A DNA stretch of 64,000 nt, from NCBI GenBank assembly GCA_051877755.1, contig JBJEJE010000003.1:21460-85459 (forward strand), written 5' to 3'. Source of the stretch: Lachnospiraceae bacterium (GTDB lineage: Bacteria; Bacillota; Clostridia; Lachnospirales; Lachnospiraceae). The position numbers were made by a program, and so were the translations under genes. Shown in pieces: positions 54,984 to 63,142 of this stretch (within the stretch, counting starts at the first letter, position 1; each line of letters starts with the position of its first letter). The notes beneath the pieces were generated by a model. It was not told the origin of the DNA. It worked only from the letters and a program-made list of their open reading frames with translations, and made no database searches.

Positions 54984-56072
54984 TTATAAAATCGCAGCAA
55001 TGCTTAAGTCAGGACGGCGGGTTAAATCAATGAATTCGCCGTCCACCATTATGCTTGGACGGGAAAGAACTGCTTTGTTTGTCAGTATGATTTCGCCCTT
55101 TCTGCCGTCATTTAGCAGGACTGTATTATGCAGATAGGTATCTGCGATTCCCTGTAAAAATGGAATCAGATACTTTGGATCATATTTGGTATATCCTTCT
55201 TCCTCATACATACGGATAACAGCAAAGGGACAGATTCCCTCCCGGTAACAGCGGTTAGCGGTCATTGCTTCATAAATGTCCACAATAGTAATAAGCTTGG
55301 CAAGTTCGTTGATCTTATCACCTTTCAGACCGATGGGATAGCCGCTGCCATCACATTTTTCGTGGTGGAGTAAGGCTGCCTGGGCAATGTTTTCGTCAAT
55401 GTTTTTTTCTTTTAGAAGCTTGTAACCTTTTAACGGGTGCTGCTTAATAATATCGAACTCTTCTTTGGTAAGCCGGCCAGGTTTTTGGATAATCTCCACA
55501 GGTATCAGTACCTTGCCAATATCATGCAGCATTCCGGCTACTGTCAAAAGCTTCAAATTTTTATCGTCAAAATGAAGCCATCGTCCCAAAATATTAGCCA
55601 ACAGGGCAACATTAAGAGAGTGTGCGTAGGTGGAGTCATCAAAATAACGAATATTACTAAGAATATCCATTAACTGGTAGGTGTTGGTTTCTCCGGCCAT
55701 AATCTCGTTGGCAGAGCGGAATAGCTCGTCCATGTCTATATCTTCATTTCTTTTGGCAATATCATTGAGTTTGTATGTAAAGGATTCTGTAGCTTCGTTA
55801 AAATTTTCCTCTATTTTTTTAAAGGATTCACTGTTCCTGACCTGTTCGGAATGGGTCGGCTGCTCTTGTAAAATCGGTTCAATATTTGTTTCCTGGGATG
55901 CATCCTTGCCGTAAACAGCAACAGAAACTATTGAGGAATATCGAAGGATATTTAATGCTTCATCATCAATAACGGTTCCCTTTGGAATAAGGAGCTGACT
56001 GCCCTTATATACGTCTTCTGCAAGGGTCATACCAAGTGTGACTCTGTGAAGCATAATCTGTACAATATTCAT
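54984..56072 (-). CDS. HD-GYP domain protein (putative cyclic-di-GMP phosphodiesterase)
   Basis: HSLNVALL, GMLHDIGKVLIP and HHEKCDGSGYPIGLKG are present, with an N-terminal non-catalytic domain. Confidence 0.88.
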   Translation of the reverse strand: MNIVQIMLHRVTLGMTLAEDVYKGSQLLIPKGTVIDDEALNILRYSSIVSVAVYGKDASQETNIEPILQEQPTHSEQVRNSESFKKIEENFNEATESFTYKLNDIAKRNEDIDMDELFRSANEIMAGETNTYQLMDILSNIRYFDDSTYAHSLNVALLANILGRWLHFDDKNLKLLTVAGMLHDIGKVLIPVEIIQKPGRLTKEEFDIIKQHPLKGYKLLKEKNIDENIAQAALLHHEKCDGSGYPIGLKGDKINELAKLITIVDIYEAMTANRCYREGICPFAVIRMYEEEGYTKYDPKYLIPFLQGIADTYLHNTVLLNDGRKGEIILTNKAVLSRPSIMVDGEFIDLTRRPDLSIAAIL

Positions 56073-56163
56073 AGGGTAATGGCTCCTTTCTAATCCGTTC
56101 TAAAATGAATACTTAATATTATATTAAATTATAAAAAATTAATGAAATAAAGTCAATCAGTTC

Positions 56164-56192
56164 TTGACCAATGTGCATATATAGAGTATGAT
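56164..56192 (+). promoter_or_regulatory. Sigma-A-type promoter of the S-box/metK unit
   Basis: TTGACC 56164-56169, a 17-nt spacer, then TATGAT 56187-56192. Confidence 0.6.
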
Positions 56193-56235
56193 AAAAAAGA
56201 ACTGCAAATAGCAGTTTCAGAATTGCAAAAGAAAC

Positions 56236-56403
56236 TTCTCTTATTCAGAGTGGTGGAGTCAGAAGGGACTGGGAAGCCACGGCAACCCCATGTATATGGA
56301 AGGTGCCGGCCTGAGGCGGGCGAATATTTCGCATCGATCAATAAGAGGATTTGAATATAGTGAGCTCATCAACTTCAAATCCTCTCGGATTTGAAGTTTT
56401 TAT
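56236..56403 (+). promoter_or_regulatory. SAM-I (S-box) riboswitch with terminator/antiterminator expression platform
   Basis: P1 is CTCTTATT/AATAAGAG (56238-45/56340-47). Core elements are AGAGTGGTGGAG, GGGACTGG, GAAGCCACGGCAACC and AAGGTGCC. The terminator is CTTCAAATCC-TCTC-GGATTTGAAG plus TTTTTAT (56373-56403). A competing antiterminator pairs AAGAGGATTTGAA with TTCAAATCCTCT. Confidence 0.8.
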
Positions 56404-56626
56404 ATTGCATGAAAATACCTCATTCTTATGAGGTGATTTTAAGGGAATGGAACCCCTTGACAATCCGTGGAAAGATTATGAAGGTGATGAAGCGAACGCA
56501 AAACACCGAGTAAGCTTCGCTTACGAGGTGACGGTTTCAATAAATTACAGAAAAACACCGCTTTCATTCTCTTTACTTACGAGATGAACCTAATTTTACA
56601 GTTATTATTTAAGGAGGAACAACGAA

Positions 56627-57814
56627 ATGGAGAAACGTATATTTACATCAGAGTCCGTAACAGAAGGACATCCTGATAAAATTTGTGATCAGATTTCCGA
56701 TGCTGTATTAGACGCATTGATGGAGCAGGATCCAAACAGCCGTGTAGCATGTGAAACTTCCATTACAACCGGTTTGGTACTGGTAATGGGAGAGATTTCC
56801 ACGACCGGATATGTGGACATTCAGAAAATTGTCCGGGAAACCATCCGGGAAATCGGTTATGACCGTGCAAAATATGGATTTGACTGTGACACCTGTGGTG
56901 TAATCACTGCCATTGATGAGCAGTCCAGTGATATCGCAATGGGTGTGGACAAGGCATTAGAAGCAAAGGAAAACCAGATGAGCGATGAGGACATTGAGGC
57001 AATCGGAGCCGGTGACCAGGGTATGATGTTTGGTTACGCAACCAATGAGACCGAGGAGTATATGCCATATCCAATCAGTCTTGCACACAAGCTTGCAAGA
57101 AAATTAACAGAGGTTCGTAAGAATGGAACCCTTCCATATCTGAGACCGGACGGAAAGACACAGGTTTCTGTAGAGTATGATGAGAATGGAAAACCGGTCC
57201 GTTTGGAGGCAGTTGTGCTTTCCACCCAACATGATGCAGAGGTAACCCAGGAGCAGATTCATGAGGATATCAGGAAATATGTCTTTGATGCAGTACTTCC
57301 GGCAGACATGGTGGATGACGATACCAAGTTCTTCATCAATCCAACAGGACGGTTTGTAATTGGTGGACCAAATGGAGATTCCGGTCTTACGGGACGTAAG
57401 ATTATTGTAGATACTTACGGTGGATATGCCCGTCACGGTGGTGGAGCATTTTCCGGTAAAGACTGTACAAAGGTTGACCGTTCTGCTGCTTATGCCGCAA
57501 GATATGTGGCTAAGAATATTGTTGCTGCAGGACTTGCCGATAAATGTGAGATTCAGCTATCCTATGCAATTGGTGTGGCACGCCCAACTTCTGTTCGTGT
57601 AGATACTTTTGGAACCGGTAAGATTGATGAGCTGAAACTTGTGGAGATTGTTCGTGAGAACTTTGACCTTCGCCCGGCAGGAATCATCAAGATGTTAGAC
57701 CTTCGCCGTCCAATTTACAAGCAGACAGCTGCTTATGGCCATTTTGGACGTACGGATATTGATCTGCCATGGGAGAAATTAGACATGGTGGATAAGCTGA
57801 AGACATATCTGTAA
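56627..57814 (+). CDS. metK: S-adenosylmethionine synthase
   Basis: [41 protein letters not shown] and TKVDRSAAY are present. Length is 395 aa. Confidence 0.97.
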   Translation: MEKRIFTSESVTEGHPDKICDQISDAVLDALMEQDPNSRVACETSITTGLVLVMGEISTTGYVDIQKIVRETIREIGYDRAKYGFDCDTCGVITAIDEQSSDIAMGVDKALEAKENQMSDEDIEAIGAGDQGMMFGYATNETEEYMPYPISLAHKLARKLTEVRKNGTLPYLRPDGKTQVSVEYDENGKPVRLEAVVLSTQHDAEVTQEQIHEDIRKYVFDAVLPADMVDDDTKFFINPTGRFVIGGPNGDSGLTGRKIIVDTYGGYARHGGGAFSGKDCTKVDRSAAYAARYVAKNIVAAGLADKCEIQLSYAIGVARPTSVRVDTFGTGKIDELKLVEIVRENFDLRPAGIIKMLDLRRPIYKQTAAYGHFGRTDIDLPWEKLDMVDKLKTYL

Positions 57815-57884
57815 TATTAAAATTAGCTCTTATAGAAAATGTTCAATAGTAAAAGCAGATTGTTATATTGGGCGATATAATAAA

Positions 57885-57944
57885 AATACACAAATTTACG
57901 TCAGCTTTAGGAAAATATACATTAGCTGAGTAAATTTGTGTATT
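57885..57944. terminator. Bidirectional terminator between metK and degV
   Basis: AATACACAAATTTAC (57885-99) pairs with GTAAATTTGTGTATT (57930-44), with an inner TCAGCT/AGCTGA pairing. It is flanked by A-rich and T-rich runs. Confidence 0.65.
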
Positions 57945-57993
57945 TTATTATTGGTAGAAAAGAGATTGTCTCAATGAGACTTTTCTTTTGGCT

Positions 57994-58881
57994 TTAATTC
58001 TCCCGTTCTTTTCCCCAGAAAAACAGTGCCACAGTACCGGGACCGGTATGGCTGCCAATTACGGTTCCGATATTGTAAATCTCAACTTTCCCGTCCAGTT
58101 TTGGAAATTTTTCCTCTATTAGATCAGCTACTGCCCGTGCGTCTTCATAGCAGGCAGAATTGCTTATATAACATTTGCCATCGTAATCCAGACCATTTCT
58201 TGCATTTTCTTCCATTTTAGCAACCATTTCCTTTATTACCTTGCGCTTGGTGCGGATTTTTTCATGAACGTTAAGTTTACCTTCACCATCCACATTCATC
58301 AAAGGACAAATATTTAACATATTGCCAATGGTTCCGGATGCTTTTGAAATACGCCCACCCCGGATAAAATAAGTCAGGGTGGTGGAAAAGAACCAATGAT
58401 TTAATTGGAGAAGCTGCTCTTTTGCCCATTGGTAGAGGGTATCAATATCCATTCCAGCATCTCTTTTATCAGCCAGAGCATCCATTAAAAGACCATAGCC
58501 GGAAGAGGCAGCCAAAGAATCCACCACATAAATCCTGCGGTCTGGAAATTCCTCTGATAACATATCCCTTGCGACACAGGCAGAGTTATAAACACCAGAG
58601 ATTCCGGAAGAAAGGGTCAGGTGCAGGATATCCTGTCCATTTTCTAAAAACGGACGGAAATATTCTAAAAATTCATCTACGTTTACCTGGGATGTCTTTG
58701 TCATGGCACCGTCAGCCATGCTCTGATAAAACTGATCAAATGAAATGGATTCTCCTAAATCATCCGGATATGTGACATCATCTAACATAAAATGAAAACA
58801 CACATAATGAATATTGCGGCGTTCAAAATGCTCTTTTGTTAAATCTGCTGTAGAACAGCAGGAAATGACATAGTCGTTCAT
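57994..58881 (-). CDS. DegV-family fatty-acid-binding protein
   Basis: SCCSTADL, TSQVNVDEF, HLTLSSGISGVYNSA and GTVIGSHTGPGTVALFF are present. Confidence 0.9.
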   Translation of the reverse strand: MNDYVISCCSTADLTKEHFERRNIHYVCFHFMLDDVTYPDDLGESISFDQFYQSMADGAMTKTSQVNVDEFLEYFRPFLENGQDILHLTLSSGISGVYNSACVARDMLSEEFPDRRIYVVDSLAASSGYGLLMDALADKRDAGMDIDTLYQWAKEQLLQLNHWFFSTTLTYFIRGGRISKASGTIGNMLNICPLMNVDGEGKLNVHEKIRTKRKVIKEMVAKMEENARNGLDYDGKCYISNSACYEDARAVADLIEEKFPKLDGKVEIYNIGTVIGSHTGPGTVALFFWGKEREN

Positions 58882-59040
58882 ATACGCATCCTCCTTTGAT
58901 TAAAATCCATACAGTACGATTCTATGTGACATAATTTACATTTATTCAAATGTGCTGCATTGAATTTTCTCTTTGTATATTGTAACATAGGAAAAGGTAA
59001 AGTGTAAAATGATTTCTGCCAGCGGGAAAGGAATAGCTAT

Positions 59041-59721
59041 ATGCAGGCTTATATATTTGATTTTAACGGAACTATGGTAATGGATTCCTATATGCACGAA
59101 ACGGCATGGAGACATTATGCGGAACAACTTTGTCATCGAGCGGTGCCGGATGAGGAATTTAAAAAACATGTGCATGGAAAAACCTCTGCCATGATACTGG
59201 AACATTTTCTTGGACGGGGAGAGCTTACAAAGGAGGAAATTGTGGCGTATTCGGAAGAAAAAGAAGCCTATTACCGAAAGCTTTGCTTGGAAAATAAAGA
59301 GAGGTTTCATTTGACTTTCGGTCTCCCGGAATTCTTAGACCGGGCAAAAGTACAGGGGATATCCATGACCATTGCTACAGCGGCAAATCTTGCAAATGTG
59401 GAATTTTATTTTGAATATTTTAACCTGGGAAAATGGTTTGAACTGGATAAGGTGGTCTATGATGATGCAACATTAAAGGGTAAGCCGGATCCGGATATCT
59501 ATCTTCGGGCAATGAGCCGGTTGGGTGTGAGTCCGCAGAAGTGTGTTGTGTTTGAGGATGCAGTTTCCGGTGTGATTGCGGCTTCGAAAGCCGGAGCAGG
59601 AAAGATTGTGGGGGTATATGGTGACAGTAAAAAGGAACTTTTGCAGGAGACCGGAGTAGTGGATACATTCATTAGGGATTTTACAGAAATAGATAATGCA
59701 GATTTCCAGTCACTGATGTAA
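59041..59721 (+). CDS. HAD-superfamily hydrolase (beta-phosphoglucomutase-like subfamily)
   Basis: Motif I is IFDFNGTMVMDS. Motif II is the T in MTIATAAN. Motif III/IV is GKPDPDIYL...VFEDAVSGVIAAKAG. Confidence 0.85.
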   Translation: MQAYIFDFNGTMVMDSYMHETAWRHYAEQLCHRAVPDEEFKKHVHGKTSAMILEHFLGRGELTKEEIVAYSEEKEAYYRKLCLENKERFHLTFGLPEFLDRAKVQGISMTIATAANLANVEFYFEYFNLGKWFELDKVVYDDATLKGKPDPDIYLRAMSRLGVSPQKCVVFEDAVSGVIAASKAGAGKIVGVYGDSKKELLQETGVVDTFIRDFTEIDNADFQSLM

Positions 59722-59732
59722 AAGATTTTTGG

Positions 59733-59777
59733 TTGCATACTTAGAAAAAAATGATATAATAATTAGGAATAGTTCCT
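59733..59777 (+). promoter_or_regulatory. Rubrerythrin promoter (TTGCAT, 16 nt, extended TGATATAAT) with a downstream palindrome AGGAATAGTTCCT
   Basis: The -35 is at 59733-38 and the -10 at 59755-60, preceded by TG. The palindrome at 59765-59777 sits at the expected transcription start. Confidence 0.5.
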
Positions 59778-59831
59778 GTTTTGGAAAGGACGTATTTCAA
59801 AAGAAATGATATACATAAGGAGGATAATAGT

Positions 59832-60374
59832 ATGGCAGATTTAAAAGGAACGCAGACAGAAAAGAACTTAATGACAGCATTTGCGGGTGAGTCTCAGGCG
59901 CGTAATAAGTATACCTATTATGCAAGCAAGGCAAAGAAGGACGGTTATAACCAGATTGCGGATATTTTCTTAGAAACTGCGAATAATGAAAAAGAGCATG
60001 CAAAGATGTGGTTTAAACTTCTTCATGGTGGTGCAATTCCTGGAACCATTGAGAATCTGGAGGATGCGGCAGAAGGCGAGAACTATGAATGGACAGATAT
60101 GTATGCTGAGTTTGCAAAGGTGGCAAGAGAGGAAGGCTTTGAGGATATTGCCAAGTCTTTTGAGATGGTAGGCGCCATTGAGAAAACTCATGAAGAGAGA
60201 TATCGCAAGCTCTTAGCAAATGTTGAGGGTGGTCTTGTATTTTCAAGAGATGGCGATATGATATGGGAATGTGCAAACTGTGGACATATCCATATTGGAA
60301 AAGAAGCACCTGAGGTTTGTCCTGTATGTGCTCATCCACAGAGCTATTTCAAATTGAGAGCTGAGAATTACTAA
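59832..60374 (+). CDS. rbr: Rubrerythrin
   Basis: The N-terminal diiron four-helix bundle has [28 protein letters not shown] and EKTHEERY. The C-terminal rubredoxin motif is CANCGH...CPVCAHP. ATG 59832 follows AAGGAGG. Confidence 0.93.
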   Translation: MADLKGTQTEKNLMTAFAGESQARNKYTYYASKAKKDGYNQIADIFLETANNEKEHAKMWFKLLHGGAIPGTIENLEDAAEGENYEWTDMYAEFAKVAREEGFEDIAKSFEMVGAIEKTHEERYRKLLANVEGGLVFSRDGDMIWECANCGHIHIGKEAPEVCPVCAHPQSYFKLRAENY

Positions 60375-60440
60375 AAACGAGACATTATAAGAAAAAGTAT
60401 ACAGGAGTCCGGGAGATCATGGAATGGTTTCCCGGACTTT

Positions 60441-60812
60441 TTATGAAGAAAAATTCTCTTCTTGTTGCTGTAATGATAAAAGCGTTTCGGCATATTTATT
60501 CAAGCGTTCTAAGTTATCATTATTAAGCTGATGACATAATTCATAGTATTTAGAAAGACGTATGGTACGTTCCGTGACAGCTTCTTTATCCTCTTCTATG
60601 AGGGAAGGATTATCTTCAAATCCCATTAAAAAGGATGGGGTACAATGTAGAATGGCTGCCATTTTTTCAAGGGTGGATCGTTTGATATTTTGTACCCGGC
60701 CGTTTTCGTATTTGGCAATCGCTGATTTTTGCAGACCAAGCATATCAGCTAATTCCTGTTGGGTTAAACCTTCCTGTTTGCGTTTTTGTCTAATGTTAGA
60801 TCCCATACTCAT
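60441..60812 (-). CDS. XRE-family HTH transcriptional regulator
   Basis: IRQKRKQEGLTQQELADMLGLQKSAIAKYENGR is present. The start overlaps the stop of the upstream nuclease-like gene by 4 nt. Confidence 0.87.
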   Translation of the reverse strand: MSMGSNIRQKRKQEGLTQQELADMLGLQKSAIAKYENGRVQNIKRSTLEKMAAILHCTPSFLMGFEDNPSLIEEDKEAVTERTIRLSKYYELCHQLNNDNLERLNKYAETLLSLQQQEENFSS

Positions 60813-61861
60813 TGACTTATACCTTCCAGCTTGGCAATTTTTTCTTTTAACCGTAAAATTTCATTGTCCTTTTCGGCAATCTCGTTGTCCTTTTCGGCAA
60901 TCTTGTTGTCCTTTTCGGCAATCTCGTTGTCCTTTTCGGCAATCTCGTTGTCCTTTTCGGCAATCTCATTGTCCTTTTCGGCAATCTCACTGTTCCTTTT
61001 TGCGATTTCAATGTCTTTTTCGGTGATGATTTGTTCCTTTTTTGCAATGATACCATCTTTGTCGTTAAGAGCCTTGTTCAATCTCTCTTCGCATTCTTTC
61101 ACAATAATATCAGCATCTGTCATTATAGATTCATCCATCATATCATTAAACAGCTCCATTTCTTCATAATGGGAGTAAAGATGATTATATAACAGGTGGG
61201 TGTAACTCTTAAGCTGTTGTGCATCTGCTACCGTTATATTCCCTACTCGCAGATTATCATTTATGCTATCAAGTATATCATGTTCCAAAAGGTTTTTCAA
61301 TGCGGCAAGGTTTTTCTCTGAGCGTTCTTTTTCCATGATTTTTTTTAGTTTCAATAGATAAAAAGGTATTAAAACAACCATTTTCCGCCGGTTCAATTCT
61401 GCAGTAGGTGTCTCCGGAAGACGCAGGGTAGGAACATTGTAGTCTACCTGTTGTTTTCCAAAATGCAACCGGAGTTGATATTCATCAGGAACCGTACCTT
61501 CATAGTATAGATAAATTACAATAGGGGTAGGAAATGTAATATGATAGATTCCGTCTATTTCTGCTGCTGTACGGAGTGCATGATTAAAGCCATATTCAAA
61601 AACTCTTAAAACGATACTGTCATCTTTGGTTACTTGAGCTTCAATATGATAGCTGTATTGCTCATTAATGGTGATGATGGTGTCAGCAAGAATCTTTTTG
61701 AGATTGTTGTCTTCAAATTCCGTCCAGTTATATGTAATATTGCTGTCAAGCGGGTAATCCGTATCAAACAGGCCATTAATCAGATGTATGATGGCAGTAG
61801 AAGACAGGGTTAATATTTTTTTGATTAATTTATCGTATATCTGGTATATTGTTTGTGACAT
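60809..61861 (-). CDS. Rpn/YhgA-like PD-(D/E)XK nuclease-family protein (putative recombination-promoting nuclease) with a heptad-repeat C-terminal tail
   Basis: The N-terminus is YDKLIKKIL...ADTIITINEQYSYHIEAQVTKDDSIVLRVFEYG, which fits the D...E-x-Q / R..Y pattern of PDDEXK_2-type proteins. The C-terminus has (EKDNEIA)n. Confidence 0.5.
   Translation of the reverse strand: MSQTIYQIYDKLIKKILTLSSTAIIHLINGLFDTDYPLDSNITYNWTEFEDNNLKKILADTIITINEQYSYHIEAQVTKDDSIVLRVFEYGFNHALRTAAEIDGIYHITFPTPIVIYLYYEGTVPDEYQLRLHFGKQQVDYNVPTLRLPETPTAELNRRKMVVLIPFYLLKLKKIMEKERSEKNLAALKNLLEHDILDSINDNLRVGNITVADAQQLKSYTHLLYNHLYSHYEEMELFNDMMDESIMTDADIIVKECEERLNKALNDKDGIIAKKEQIITEKDIEIAKRNSEIAEKDNEIAEKDNEIAEKDNEIAEKDNKIAEKDNEIAEKDNEILRLKEKIAKLEGISQ
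60864..61052 (-). repeat. 21-bp in-frame tandem repeat array (six near-perfect plus three degenerate units)
   Basis: The unit is TTGTCCTTTTCGGCAATCTCG on the plus strand. Units start at 60864, 60885, 60906, 60927, 60948 and 60969, with degenerate units up to 61052. It encodes AEKDNEI heptads. Confidence 0.95.
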
Positions 61862-62305
61862 GGCAGTTCCTCCTGTTAATTAAATTCACAACAATGTAAT
61901 TATAGTTAAAGTATGCCTATAGTGTCTTAATAATACACTATAGAAGCGTAATTGTCAATAAAAAGTTCTTAAAAAGACACTCCATGGAGATATAATTGAG
62001 GATTGAGAATGAAGGTACAATTGAGGGTTCAATAGAGTAGATGAATTGCAAATCGGGGGGAATCCAATTAAAGGTAAAAATATGAGTATGCATACAAAAA
62101 ATGGCTTTATGATATCCTGCATCTTTGGTTAAACAAAGAAAACCTTGAGTTTTCTATAAAAAAAGGCTTGCTTTTTTTTGGTTTGCCTATAAAATAGTAT
62201 ATGGATTAAGCTGTCAAAGAGGATGGTGCATGTCTATGCATATGCTTTGGCAAAGAACACAATGAAGCGGTGCAGCTTGCACCAGTAACAGTTAGGAGAT
62301 TAATC

Positions 62306-63142
62306 ATGAACAAGTTAGAGCTTCAGCAAAAAGCAAATCAGTTAAGAAAGCACATTGTGACTTCCTTACATGCTGCCAAATGTGGTCATCCAGGTGGCTC
62401 TCTTTCTGCAGCAGATATTGTAACCTATTTGTATTTTGAGGAAATGAATGTAGATCCGAAGAATCCGAAGAAGGCGGACAGAGACCGTTTTGTTTTGTCC
62501 AAGGGTCATGTGGCACCGGCTTTATATGGTGCATTGGCAATGAAAGGATATTTTCCGGAGGCGGAATTATTAAAACTTCGCAAGACCGGAGAGATGTTAC
62601 AGGGGCATCCGGATATGAAGGGAACTCCAGGTGTGGATATGTCGGCAGGTTCTTTGGGACAGGGCATTTCAGTAGCAGTTGGTATGGCGCTTTCCGCAAA
62701 AATGTCAAAGGAAGATTACCGTGTGTATACCCTGCTTGGTGATGGTGAAATCCAGGAAGGACAGGTCTGGGAGGCAGCGATGTTTGCGGGCCATAGAAAG
62801 TTAGATAACTTAGTAGTGATTGTAGATAATAATGATTTACAGATTGACGGCAGTGTGGCAGATGTATGTTCGCCATATCCAATTGCTGACAAATTTAAGG
62901 CATTTAATTTCCATGTTATTGAGATTGATGGACATGATTTTGATGCCATTGATGCAGCATTTAAGGAGGCAAAGGATACAAAGGGGATGCCAACGGCTAT
63001 TATTGCAAAAACCATTAAAGGAAAAGATGTTTCTTTCATGGAGAATCAGGCATCATGGCATGGTGCAGCGCCAAATGATGAGCAGTATGCGATTGCAATG
63101 GCAGACTTAGAGAAAGTAGGTGAAGCATTATGTCAGAAGTAA
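62306..63142 (+). CDS. tktA: Transketolase, N-terminal (TPP pyrophosphate-binding) subunit
   Basis: CGHPGGSLSAADI, LSKGHVAPALY, GSLGQGISVAVGMA and GDGEIQEGQVWEA are present. ATG 62306 follows AGGAG. Confidence 0.92.
   Translation: MNKLELQQKANQLRKHIVTSLHAAKCGHPGGSLSAADIVTYLYFEEMNVDPKNPKKADRDRFVLSKGHVAPALYGALAMKGYFPEAELLKLRKTGEMLQGHPDMKGTPGVDMSAGSLGQGISVAVGMALSAKMSKEDYRVYTLLGDGEIQEGQVWEAAMFAGHRKLDNLVVIVDNNDLQIDGSVADVCSPYPIADKFKAFNFHVIEIDGHDFDAIDAAFKEAKDTKGMPTAIIAKTIKGKDVSFMENQASWHGAAPNDEQYAIAMADLEKVGEALCQK

Noticed and set aside
60864-61052. The regularly spaced 21-bp repeats as a CRISPR array
   Set aside because: The units are contiguous with no spacers, lie in frame inside a long ORF and encode heptads. 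No cas genes or leader are present.
60562-61169. Track ORFs 60562-61026 (+), 60831-61169 (+) and 60847-61056 (-) with repetitive translations (CPFRQSR..., SLSFSAI..., RLPKRTT...)
   Set aside because: These are alternate-frame or antisense readings of the tandem repeat inside the 60809-61861 gene. They are low-complexity artefacts.
62304-63039. ORFs of 192 and 107 aa antisense to the transketolase N-terminal subunit
   Set aside because: They lie opposite a highly conserved enzyme gene, with no motifs or RBS.
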